Assembly: GCA_029953675.1 (NCBI GenBank)
Contig: JAMWBK010000009.1
Coordinates: 806,001-870,000, forward strand
Source: Rhodosorus marinus CCMP1338
Lineage: Eukaryota; Plantae; Rhodophyta
Length of the DNA stretch: 64,000 bases
Reading direction: 5' to 3'
Below are positions 36,445 through 50,587 of this stretch, in pieces. The position numbers and the translations under genes were made by a program. The notes beneath the pieces were generated by a model. It did not search any database and was not told where the DNA came from. It saw only the letters and a list, made by a program, of their open reading frames with translations. Within the stretch, counting starts at the first letter, position 1, and each line of letters starts with the position of its first letter.

Positions 36445-37610
36445 ATGGTAAGGGCTTGATTAGCGATTGGAGGTTGGGTTTGTCCTTAACTTGAGCAACG
36501 ATTCCTCCGTTCGTTCTGTGCCTTCAGGAGCGGATTCTCAATGGGATAGAAGAGTTTGTGTATGGAAAGGATGTAGCTGGTTCGTTCTAAAAATTGGATC
36601 AGAGGAAAACAATCGATCTTGTAGGATTGGAGTTCCCACCTCAACTGAGCACCTGGTTATTTCTTGTACACGTGGATGGAAAACAACTTAGATTGGTTCA
36701 AGAAGAAGAAGGGAACATCTGAGCGCGAAGTTGACAGAATACCCTCCGACGCAGATTGCTCTTGTCCGTGCGGAAGTAGTGAGTTTGTTCCGTAGCCGCT
36801 CAAGAATGCTTTTTCGTTGCTTTGATCTGGGATGCAAAAAAAGGCGTCCAACAGTCTCAGCGATGTGCTGAGAAAGAATGCTGTCCTCATGCACTTAGGT
36901 AAGACCTATGCGAACTGTTGTCGCCCCTTCCACAAGGGGGAGTCGCTGCCGAATGCGCTTGAACTTTTACGGAGCCGGTACGCGGCTTATTATTATCGAT
37001 TGCCCACGTACATCATGAAAACCACGCATGAACGAAACGAAGACTTTGCCAAGTCACGACGCGCTTGGAAGGTACTGTGGAACAGGAAACAACGACTATC
37101 TTCGCTAGCGGGGAGATCTGAAACTCAATGAAGATGAGCTAAAGAACAGGGTTGAACCACTCTGTACTGTACAGAACGAAATCACCGAATTTTGCTTGCT
37201 CCACCGATTCTTGAGCTTGGAGGTCTTGGAACAGAAAGTTACTCAGCGCGAGACACAGTTCATTATGTTCAGGTACTCCTACGGAAACGAGCAGTGCCAT
37301 AATACTCCCCTAAACTCGAAAATCCAAAGCTTCACTTTAAATGCTTCATTCACGATACTTTTCGACTTTCGCCCGGTGCAGGGTCACGCTCTTACACGAA
37401 GGAGTGCCAGCGAGCTTCATAGAGCAGAGCAAATTGCAACAGGATCAAGGAAAGTAAGAAAAGCACGCAAATTACGGTTTACTCCGTGCAAGACATGCAT
37501 TGGCAATCGCCTCGTACCAATGTCGACGGCCTGTTGTCATGATTATTCCCGTTGACAGGTGGTGGTATCGTAGCGGTCGTTTGGTTGACTTTGAGATGAG
37601 CGAAATCTAG
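36445..37610 (+). CDS. YchJ/UPF0225-like protein with SEC-C motif, multi-exon, possibly plastid-targeted; start uncertain
   Basis: Spliced CPCGSSKTYANCCRPFHKG, LLRSRYAAY, YIMKTTH, SFIEQSKL..DQGKWWYRSG. Confidence 0.85.
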
Positions 37611-38460
37611 AAGATTTGCTGCGTTCCACCGTTCCATATCATGGTTCAGGTTTGAGAGAACTGTGAACATGATGCAACTGCAGATGAACGAGTATTGTAA
37701 GTGCAACTCTGAAATCTCACTCTGAAAAGCGCGGAAAGAGTACTGAGCCCCGTGAAAATGCTTTTTCTCTTGAATCTCCGAACGCAGTTGATATTTTACT
37801 AGGACGGAGTCATATGGCGTAAGCGGGAGGACGGGCTGAATCTACGTCTGGAGTAGTGCAAAAGACGGATTGCTGTGTCGAGCAGATTCTTCATGAGCTC
37901 CAACTTGGTTGGCGTTGAAAGCCTAGGGGTGTTTTTGGGCGAAGGACTACACCTCGATTATACCTTCCCATTGGCATGTTTTTGGGAGTCCTCAGAGCAA
38001 AGGTGTCGGTAGTCTCGTACGAACGGCTATAAGCGAACAAACAAACGGTACTCTTCTTCTGCCAAGAGAGGAAACTTGCGCGCAAAATCGTGAACGAGAT
38101 CACAGTTCGCATTCGAGACGGTCCATGCCCTTGACTGTGCTGAACGTTTGTGGCCACGGTGCTTGTCAGCGGCGACCTCTCCGGGTCCGACAGCTGCTCT
38201 CTCTTTTCAATCGAGAAGAACTCAATGAGGTTGACTGTCTGTTCAGCCAGATTTTTGGTAACAAATATATTAGGATTTGCTTAAAAAAATTGAGCCGGAA
38301 AGCCTTCGTCCCTGGTAACCCGATACTTGAATTTGAGAACGAGTATCTGCCATTTGGCATAGGAATGGTCGCGGGTCCCGACAGAGGCGGGCATAAACAC
38401 ATCCGAAAACTTCATCCGCACAAACTTTTGGTTTGGCTAGTGGTATCTTAGTTCGCTCAC

Positions 38461-39804
38461 TCAGAAATCAGAGACTGTCACTGAGTAGAGATCAGACCGC
38501 TTTTGTTTCGTCACAGGAATCGACTGACGAACCTCGCTCAATCTCTCCAAGTCTATCTCCGAGTACAAGATTTGCTAATCACGACAAAAAGCAGCGGGGA
38601 CTTGGCTCAAGGTGCTACTTCAAATCTTGACAGAAGAGGACAAAAGAGCTCGCTCTTACCTCTGACTCGTCTGCTTCCGCGATGACCATACCCCACGGAT
38701 TACAAACCATGGAGTGGCCCCATGCGACATAGCTTCCGTCCGGATCACGGGCAGGACTGCATGCTGCAACGTACATCTGGTTGTCTAGCGCTCTAGCCCT
38801 CATAAGAAGCTCCCAATGCGCTGGTCCAGTAGTCATGTTGAAGGCTCCCGGGATACATAACAGCTTAGCCCCTGTGAACAGACAAGGCGATAGAGCGCAG
38901 TCAGGATAACGCGTACGTTAGGTCATGGTTAAGCACGTCGAAACATTGCACCATAGCTCCCACCTCGACCTGACAGAAGCAGCGAAAGCTCGGGAAATCT
39001 AACATCATAACAAATTGCTACTCCAATCTTCATGCCACCAACTTCGAAAGTCGTCAAAGAGTTTCCTGCTGAGAGAACCTCGGACTCCTGCCGATATTTA
39101 GAAGAGCTTCCCATATCAGATAAAATGATTCCCCCTCGCAACGCGGAAGAGGGTTGGGCAGTAGTGACAGTAACTTACCATGAATCGAATTCCTCCAGGG
39201 ACATCTATGTCAAACAAATGTACCTTTCGATGCTTTGCGACGATTGTCCCCGTAGGTGAGACGCTAACAGAAGTATTGTATACTTTTCCTTCCGAAATCT
39301 CTGGAATTGAGCCGCCCACGACATACAGCGAGTGCTCAGCTGCAGCGTTCTGTAGCATTTCTACAGTTGATCCCGGTTTGAAATCGCCGAGCTTCGTCCC
39401 AACCTCTGGAACTTCCTCAGCATACTCCCTGGTCCACGAAAAATTAACGAAACATGCATTAGGCGCCTAGGTTTTATCGCATTGGTAGCACCGTTGCTGG
39501 CGAAGATTACTTACGGGAAACATTTGTTATCGTAAGGGCAGTTAAAGCACTCCGGAAGCATGACCAGTTTTGCCTCATTCGCATGAGCTTCCTCGATCTT
39601 CTTCCTCGCCAAGGAGAGGTTGGCCTGCTTATCCGCTCCCACGGAGACTTGCAGCAGCGCAATTTTAAACTTGTTCCCAAGCGATTCAGCCTGAACAGCC
39701 ATCCTCGTTGCAAATCGTTTCCCAAAACCACCGCTCGTACCCTCCCGCTGAACCCGACGAACCGCAGTCCCACACGCAAACCCAAACCCTAGAGCGTGAC
39801 GCAT
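38461..39804 (-). CDS. NIT2: Omega-amidase NIT2 (nitrilase family) with organellar presequence, multi-exon
   Basis: [75 protein letters not shown]. Confidence 0.96.
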
Positions 39805-40842
39805 CAAGTTGCCTCGTACAAATCTAGAACAAGGAAAAAAAAAAACCCTCAACTCTACCTCTAGTTCTCTCTATCTCTCTCTCTCTCTCGCTCTCTCTGT
39901 TACCCTTAGCTACTTGAAATTCTGGCCTGCAGGTTCCCCAATCCAGTCGAGCTATCTATCCCATTCTCATCCTTTTCAATTATCGTAAATCCCAAAACAG
40001 CCGACCTCTTCTCCCAACAGGAAATTTCTCGATTTAGGGGCAGATGGTAGTAGGCAGTCTATGTGAAGATTTCTCCGATACTCTAGTTGGTACAGAGGTG
40101 TTGCCATCCATACGGTATGGATCTATACAATGCCAATTACTGAGTTCTCTGATGGATGGTATCCATCAGATATTGTATACTACTCTTGGCGCATCGCTAG
40201 TTTCCCACCCGGTTCGGCTTGGAGAACTGAGAATGAGCCTTGAAAAGTATGGCCTTCGCCCCTCCAAGTCCTGGAGAGAAACCCAATAGATGATGGCTTC
40301 CAGATGACAGTGACCAGATGACGTTCACATGATGACAGGAATTCGCTTACAAACCACGACCATCCCATCTGGTTTGCAGCTGCAAGGGACGACGCAGTGA
40401 GGCGTGTCCGAAATCCGGATAGAATTTGCTGAGGAGTTTCGAGTCTAATGGGATGGATCGTAGGTCGTAGCCAGTCAGTCTTCCTCTCTTGCTTCTCAAG
40501 CTTCAGATAGCTCTAGCTTCTGACGATCCCTTGTCAAGTTTCCGAAGCAAGAAATCTCCTCTATTTTTTTGGATACGATTCCTGTCGCCATACATTTCGA
40601 TGGATGTCTTACGCGAAAGGCTCGTTGTTCTGAAAGGCCTCTACAGCGAAGAAGAACTGATCGAGGGCGGTGTCCGCTGCAATCTCTGTAAGTACGGAAA
40701 GAACTTTAATTCTCATTTTGTTGACTTTGTTAAGGGAGAGAGACAACAAAGAATAAAGGCCATCGGCATCCTCAATAACGCGGAGGTTTCATCCTCCCAA
40801 CCTCTTACATAAACACATCCTCCGCGTGGTCCTCGATCAGAG

Positions 40843-43117
<2,275 letters not shown>

Positions 43118-44729
43118 GGGCCCCCCCAAAAAACAAAACGCCTCAATCAATCGGCGTCCCTCTCCCACCCCCCTCCTCCTCCCCAACCCCCAACCAAACA
43201 ATATCAAAAACAATCAACCCAAACAACAACCCCAAAACCCCAAAACTGCCTAGATCAATCGATCGATCACCATCATCTCCTTCACCCTTCTTAAAGTCCC
43301 TCAAACCCTAAACCAAACATCACACATCCGTAACCCCAACCAACTATCCCTCCATTCCCCTCCCCCTTGTATATACACATATATATACTACCATCTTCTC
43401 CTTCACGCTCACAACTCACTCACATTTGTAGTAAATAATCCCGTACATCTCCTCAAAAAGCCCTGGCACAGAAGCAGATAAGCCATTAATAGATGCCCAG
43501 CAAAAAGAAAAAGCCGAAGAAAAAAGCCTTCTCAACACACTGGACATGGAAATTGAAGAATGGTTTTACTCCCATTTGCTACAGCCTGTAAAAAAAGAAT
43601 AAAACACAAACAATTCTATATTTCTCTTGACATATAAAATCGATGAAAAAGCTGATAGAAAAGAAATATGCTTCATTTTGCCCCATTTTCATGCTTACTT
43701 CTTTTTGGCTTTTTCGTGGGTCATGGAAGCATCATTTTTTTTGGAGAGGCTTTAAAATCTGCTCCAGAAGCAGTTTTCGTGACATCCCCCCCCGCCACCA
43801 CCTACAATGACGGTAATCAACCCTACTTCCCCTCCAGAGGGCAAGTGGAGCCACTTCCCCTCCACTTCCCCCAGTGGTCGGTGGGAGATATAACCAACTG
43901 AGATTGGGACCACCTACTACCATCTTCCAGTTTTTCTTGATCTTTACAATGCTTTTTGGTGTTTGGTTCGTACGGCTAACCCCTAGGGTTAGTGGATCAA
44001 CAGTAGCACGTGCAAGGAAGGTTTAGCTCCCCCCCTCCCCCGGGATCTTTTTGCTTTTTCTGTAAAACATTTTCATTTCATTTCTTGTAGAAAAAATGAA
44101 CCTAGCATTGTACCTTCAACATACCGTAAATATTTACCGTAGATCTTCATTTCAAATGTGATAAAACAGAAGAGAATCCAACTACGAAGAGGAAATGCAC
44201 GGGTATTACTTGTACAAGGTCCATAAAACCGATATATACTTCCAATCTTCGTGCTGCACGTGTCCACAAAACAACATAGCCTATAAGCGTCACCAACAAA
44301 ACCTCAGTCTTTTATATAATGACTGATATAAATAATCGTTTTCTTTTTTTAAGTTACATATCAATGGATAAAATAGACTGAGCAAGACGTGACGATCATA
44401 GCAGTACAGGTTTTTATAATTTTGTGAATGAAATTTGTGGATCCGTCGTCGTCGGGGCGTCGATGAGGATTTTGGCATTGCGTTTGAGAGTCTCGACGTA
44501 AAAGAGGAATTTCAGCGTCAATTTCTCTTTTGTATCGTATGTGGAAAGTCTGATCGAGAGGTGGGTCGTATAGGCTAGGATTGGTGTTGTGGGATAGCAT
44601 AGACGGCGAATTGAAATCGTCGTTGATTCTTTTGAGGGCTTAGGAAAGATTCTGTTTTTCAGATAGCGAAGGTCGGTTGGCTGATCCGTACTCGAGGTGA
44701 CAACCGTTTGTTAACGAGGATCATTTAAG

Positions 44730-45263
44730 ATGTCTGACGAGGAAAATGTAGTTGACGAAGTCATGGAGCCGCAGGAGGAAGCTCCCGTGGCTGAGGTGAT
44801 GAACCTCCGTACTGCCGTTCAGGAGGTGCTGCGTCAGGCACTGGTGAGCGACCAGCTGGCCCGTGGTGCCCGTGAGGCGGTCAAGGCTCTGGATCGCGGT
44901 GACGTAAGTGATTTTATTCGGTCTCCTTCTGGCGGTTCAGTATCTGACTGTTTCTCCCCTGTGGTCCTGAATCAAATACAGGCCAAGGTGTGCTTCCTTG
45001 CGCAGGACTGTGACGAGAAGCCGTACCCGATTCTCATCGAGGCCCTCTGCAGTAACGTCCAGGTTCACCTTATTCGTGTTCCGCACAAGCTTGAGCTCGG
45101 AGAGTGGGCTGGGCAGTGTAAGATTGACCAAGACGGGAAGGCGAAGAAGGTCAGAGGCTGTACATGTGTAGTGGTCAAAGACTTTGGTGAAAAGGGCGCA
45201 GGATACGACTTTTTGCGTGACTACATTGAGTCAGGAGGAACTGAGCTTGAAGCTGAGGATTAA
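44730..45263 (+). CDS. RPS12: 40S ribosomal protein eS12; intron 44904-44981
   Basis: LARGAREAVKALDR, LAQDCDEKPY..LIEALC, ELGEWAGQCKIDQDGKAKKVRGCTCVVVKDFG. Confidence 0.98.
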   Translation: MSDEENVVDEVMEPQEEAPVAEVMNLRTAVQEVLRQALVSDQLARGAREAVKALDRGDVSDFIRSPSGGSVSDCFSPVVLNQIQAKVCFLAQDCDEKPYPILIEALCSNVQVHLIRVPHKLELGEWAGQCKIDQDGKAKKVRGCTCVVVKDFGEKGAGYDFLRDYIESGGTELEAED

Positions 45264-45515
45264 ACTGAGGCTTTGCCATCCATGATAAGCTTGTGTACGA
45301 TTTTGTTGCCCCGTTTTCCAGGACGAAGGTCCGCTCCGTTTCCCCCCTGAGGAATGTAAGAAGCCACAGTGACTATCCGGCACTGAACGTATGCTCTTCG
45401 TGTCGGCCCTCCTTGGCGAACTTTGATCTCTCGCCGTTGGTTCCTTTTCTTCGAAATACCGTCAATTCACCAATCATCGACTTTGAACAGTCCACCGTCT
45501 TCGAACTTATAGTCT

Positions 45516-45818
45516 TTACTTGAACAAAAACGCTAGCCCAACAAAGAACAGAATCAATACTGAAGCAGTCATCCCGAAGTGCACGACCGCCTTCGCGCTC
45601 TGCTGGACCATGTTCCTCATGGCCAACTTCACGTACGAATCACCCCCTTTCGATGGCTCAGGTCCTGAAGCTACCTCCACTTGCTTGTCCACCTCAGACG
45701 CCATCCGAGGGGTCAACCTTCCCGGAAGCCGTCGAGTATCAACTCCTCTCCGCACGCTCACACTCAACGACCTATCAAACACTCCCTTACCAACTCCGAT
45801 CCCACTGACAAAAGCCAT
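45516..45818 (-). CDS. Plastid-targeted small membrane protein, cyanobacterial DUF3285-like
   Basis: MAFV-type Ser/Arg-rich transit peptide; SYVKLAMRNMV...HFGMT..LILFFVGLAFL matches the cyanobacterial family as recalled from memory. Confidence 0.75.
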   Translation of the reverse strand: MAFVSGIGVGKGVFDRSLSVSVRRGVDTRRLPGRLTPRMASEVDKQVEVASGPEPSKGGDSYVKLAMRNMVQQSAKAVVHFGMTASVLILFFVGLAFLFK

Positions 45819-47261
45819 ACTTAAAACCGTCCCTAAGAAACCTAATCAGAAGAAAACAACAGTTAACCCCGGAGACAATAGGGACAGCGCCTACTGAAAC
45901 CTTCTAGCTATGCACCAAACTGTACTCGCCTTTCGAAAACAAATCCTTGTAATCCCAAACCCAACACTGGACCAAAGCAAAAATTTGGCTTGGCCACCCA
46001 CTTGGCCAGCCTTACGTTCAAATGACATGTGGACGACATCACTTCCCCCTGCTTCCAAGCTCCTCGAGATGGTGGGGACGGGTTCAAAGTCTGCTTTGTC
46101 GTTTAGGCGCTCCTTGCCATATCGAGGTGGGGAGCCCGAGGTGGATGAGCAGAATACACGTATTTGGGTAGAAGACAGTACAAATACCACTCTATCGATG
46201 CAGAGCTCCCTCTCAAACCCCAGACCCATGCCCAAAAAGCGGATTGTTGCGACAGCGACTGTTTTGAGGTGACTGTTTTAGGGAACATCCAGGGCGCTTT
46301 AGCTAGTTTCTGCTCATGTGTAACCTGAAGTCCTGTCCTGCCCTATCCTTAGAGTCTCAGAGACATCCTGCTGTGGTTCTGGAGTCGCGGCCCCCACATT
46401 GTCCCTTTTGCGCTTCAGTTTCTCGGAGTTATCTCCATGTGCGGCTGAAACAAAGCGCTTGAATACATACCCCCCTCTTCAATCAACTCTATTTTCGTCT
46501 GAATTTGACAATTTTGTATTAAAAAGTCTATTTCGGAGTTTGCGCGGATTTTCCATCAAGGGGTAGATTGTGGTTGAACACTTGAGCTTGGGATTTGTGC
46601 CTTGCGGATCTTCGTCGAAGAAGCAAGCATCAAGCTCGCATTGAACGACAGCTTTCCAAGCGCGTCAGATCATGATCCCCTTTGTGCGTACTCGTCGATA
46701 GACAGATACATCTATTTGTATGCTACTGCCCGGCAGAGTCTGAGCTGACGCGTCGGGCGAACGATCTCAGGTTTTTCTGAGCTTTCAGCGTTTTAGTTAA
46801 GGATTTGAAATCAGCTCAGCCCGTGTAACCTTCTTTCAGCATCAGTCTCAGAGTCCCGTCCCTCATCGAACCAGAGAGCAATCTACTATCTACTCGGGCT
46901 GGATGCTAGTGCGGGATGTTCAGCGGTAGCCAGCTCCCCAGTAAGGGGGTGCGTTTACAACGTCATGTCAACTATCAATTCTCAAGACTCCCTCCAGCAG
47001 GATGTGATTGCTCGAAGACAGTGATGTCATCGGATAGGCTCCTCTGGTGCAGAAAGTTGGCTTTCGCGCATCAAACCCCAGTGGATGCTTCGACTCATCC
47101 AGGTTGCAGCTTCCAACTTCTAGATGGCAAGAACACAGCAAGGCGTTGGAAGCGGCCCGGAGTTCGAGTAAGGCTGTGTTGGTTCTAAGCGCTCACTTGC
47201 GGCGTCCTTGGAAGGGCTGCTACGCAGTGATCTGTCCTTGGCGCTCTTGGTGAGCTCGCAA

Positions 47262-48353
47262 ATGACGGGCGGAAATCGAAATCTGAATAAGTTCGGAGTC
47301 TCCAGAAATGGAGTTGCCTGTGGTGAGGCGAGTGCGGGGGTGCGAAGGCAAATGTCGTCCTTCCTCGCGTCAGAAGTTCCTCGCGGAGCTTACACGGCGA
47401 TGAGGACGTCGCGAAACAGATCTGCAGTATTTTTGCTTGACTTTCACAAGAAGCGACTCGTGGACTCTCACAGGCTACTTCTGGCTCAGGACGAGAACTC
47501 CGCCTCATTCTCGGACCCTTTGACAACAAGCGAGGAACGTTTCCTTCAGCTCGCTGTAAAATCCATCTCAGCTTGCATCTACAGCTTGAATGAAATATTG
47601 GATAAGGATGAGGTGGATCGAGAGGCGATGATTACCGTTGTGGTAACACTCTCCAAGCCTTACGAAGTCCACGCACTGGCCAGCTTGTTACCTGATTTCA
47701 GAGAGGGTGGTGTTGGGGTTGAAGTTCGAACAGGCCCCAGATCGCGCCCAAAGGCGAAGGACACTCAATGGGCTATGTAAGTATATCACGAATAGACTCT
47801 CTTTCTCTGCCGGTTGAGCGTTCAGCCTTTTTCTTGGAGATGACGCGCACTGCTAAAGCTTTCTTCGGCCGTTTCTCTGGTTCGTTGCCACGTGGATAGT
47901 ACCAGGAAGCAGTGGGAAAATATCCGATTACCTGGAGTCGAGGAGACCATTCTGGCTGATGAGGACGGGCATCTACTGGAAGGGGCCACCTCAAACCTGT
48001 TCATCTTCATTGACGATGTGCTTTGTACAGCTCCGGACGTCATTTTACCAGGGCACGTAAGGGAGGTGATCATCGACAGGGTCTGCCCGATGCTTGACAT
48101 CCCGGTCCGGATGGAGGCGCCAACGCTCGAGTCACGTTCCAGATGGCAGGGAGGGTTCATAACTAACGCACGTCGTCTTTTGGATGTTGTAAGCTTCGTC
48201 AAACTCCCTGAAAAGGAGGGAGCCCAGGAGGTTAACCTGCAAACAACTCAACGTACCAGACAAATTCGTGATGCTCTCGCTACTCTGGTTGAGGACTCGT
48301 CAGATCCTATCATTAGATACGAGCAATACACTTCACCTCAGCCGAAGTACTAA
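47262..48353 (+). CDS. Class IV aminotransferase-like (ADC lyase/D-amino acid aminotransferase-like) PLP protein; start uncertain
   Basis: GAYTAMRT, RPKAKDTQW (PLP lysine), LLEGATSNLF, ILPGHVREVII, FITNARR. Confidence 0.85.
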
Positions 48354-48896
48354 GAGCCTCCCGAGGGAGAGCTGGAGAAAAGACGCCGAAGCGGAAAATT
48401 GGGGGAAGCGTCCCAAATGATGAGATCGTCACAGGGTCACTACGAATTATAAATTCATATACGCCGTCCGTTCCCAGCTCGAGGGCTGGCTACATCCTCC
48501 CAAGCCTTCGGTCGTAGCCTCGAGACGATCACCCCCCAAATAACCTTATGCACAGCCACTTTCAACAAACAATCCTTAGCACAAACTCCCTGTCATCAAC
48601 CAAAATAAAGCTCAAGCTGTTTAATCCCCCCTAGTGAACACATGCCAACAAAATTCTGTTCACGCTCACCTCATAGTGCCCAATCCATCTCGTACTGGCA
48701 ATAGCAACAGCTCGCGAACACAACTGTCAGCGACAATACAACTAATCGACGAAGCAAATTTCGTCTGAATTCCTGTCCTGTTCTTATATGGCAGCGGTGC
48801 GCGGGAGGTTTCGGTGCTACGTGGAGAAGGTAACAGGTACTGGGAGCTTTGCCAAGTCTTTGTGCTGAATCTAGGTGTTCTGTGAGGCCTGTAAGA

Positions 48897-50351
48897 ATGG
48901 CTGTTAGTGAAGTGAAGAGTCACGACGAATTGAAGTCGTTGGTTGAGAAGACTGGACGAGCTGTTCTGAACTTGCTTGCGACGTGGGCAGAGCCATGTGA
49001 GCAGATGAATGCTGTGTTTGATGTTCTCGCGCGGACTTGTACGTCTGAGGACGTTGTCTTCCTGAAGTAAGTGTCTATAGTTTTTTAAATGGATCCGGCA
49101 ATTTTGAGTCGGAACGTCAACGTCTGACAAGCTTTTTTTTGTCACGGGATGTAGGATGAACATAGAAGCTTCCCCGAAAATGATCAGCGTTCTCGATGTT
49201 GAGTCTGTGCCGACGTTTCTTCTTCTCCGGTTCAACAAGGGTGACATCGTAGAAGAAAACAGGCTGGTAGGAGCGAAGCCTGCTGAACTGACGCGCATGA
49301 CAGAGGAGTTTGTAAAGAGTACAAGGATGTCCACTGAGGAAAGAATAAAGTGCGTAACCGGAAGGCCAATAATGCATTGTGACCTCTGTTTGACTTGCTA
49401 GAACAACGCAATGATGTAGCGTGAGTGAGAGTGGCAGCCCTGCTCAGGCGAAGCGACATGGTCTTGAGTTTGTTTTGAAGCCGTCGTCGTGCCCCTCCGA
49501 ACCCCAGATGGACCTCGACAACTCAAAAGTTCTAGAATCTCATCTTCTCTACGGTTTCTTCCTGTCTTGATTGTACCAGGAGACTGCTAGAGCCTTCGAT
49601 CGTTCTGTTCCTCAAAGGAAACCGGACTACGCCAAAGTGCAAGTTCAGCAGAGCTATGTTGGAAATTCTTGACAAGGAGGACATAGAGTTTGAGCACGTA
49701 AACGTGCTCGCTGACAATGACATTCGAGAAGGTAGAGAGAAGAGCGGTAGATGTTTCAAGCGTCCAAGCTCAGGGAACTGACACGCGTTTGATTCTGTTG
49801 GTGTCCGTGCATCGCAGGTCTCAAGAAGCACTCAAACTGGCCAACGTATCCCCAGCTTTACTCCAACGGAAATCTGGTGGGCGGTGTTGATATAGTCCGG
49901 GAGCTTCATGAAACCAATAAATTGAGGGGGGAGTTAGGGTTGACGGAGGTCAACCAGGACGATCAGTTGCGGAAGCTGATCAATCGGGAGAAGGTGATGT
50001 TGTTCATGAAAGGGAACCCACAGGCTCCTCAATGTGGCTTCTCGAGTAGGATCGTCAACCTGTTGGATGAAAACGGGATCAAGTACGGATCCTTTGATAT
50101 TCTGTCGGATGATGACGTCCGCCAAGGTTTGTTGGCATACGTTCTCAACTGCGGATCCGCTGACGGGTTTAGATAGCCTATCTGATTCTCTATGACCATC
50201 CTGTCTCGTGTGTTATCTCCACCCAGGACTCAAGAAGTTCTCAAATTGGCCAACGTACCCACAGCTTTACTCAAAAGGCGAACTCATCGGAGGACTTGAT
50301 ATAGTCAAGGAGCTACAGGAAATGGGTGAGCTTAAATCGGAACTCGGTTGA
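48897..50351 (+). CDS. GLRX3: Multidomain monothiol glutaredoxin (Trx-like plus 2 Grx domains; GRX3/PICOT/GRXS17 type), multi-exon
   Basis: WAEPC Trx domain; LFLKG...CKFS; [15 protein letters not shown]; [10 protein letters not shown] twice; GGLDIVKE. Confidence 0.95.
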
Positions 50352-50587
50352 CAAGACACTAGTCCGAAAATAGTCTGCAATTGAGGACCTGGCTGGCGAG
50401 CTGAGAGGATGAACTCAGGCATGTACAAGTCTAATAGGCAAAGCTCGTGCAGTCCACCTACTTCAAAGTAGGCCCCGGTTGCGTGCAGGACTGCGATCAG
50501 ATTAAAGATTAGAAGCTGTGACCTTGTTTAGTCAGATATACATCCATGTTAAAAACCCCGTTACAACACTGGGGAAAAGGGCACTTA

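Noticed and set aside
40124-40179. Nested small inverted repeats (CTGATGGAT/ATCCATCAG, TATACAAT/ATTGTATA)
   Set aside because: Short, isolated and with no further supporting context
43976-43992. CTAACCC-CTA-GGGTTAG head-to-head telomere-like palindrome
   Set aside because: Only about one repeat per side; too short to indicate a telomere fusion
46320-46790. Minus-strand frame of ~155 codons interrupted only by TGA (Sec or Trp recoding?)
   Set aside because: Neighbouring genes use TGA as stop, no selenoprotein motif or SECIS was seen, and such a frame is expected by chance among many frames
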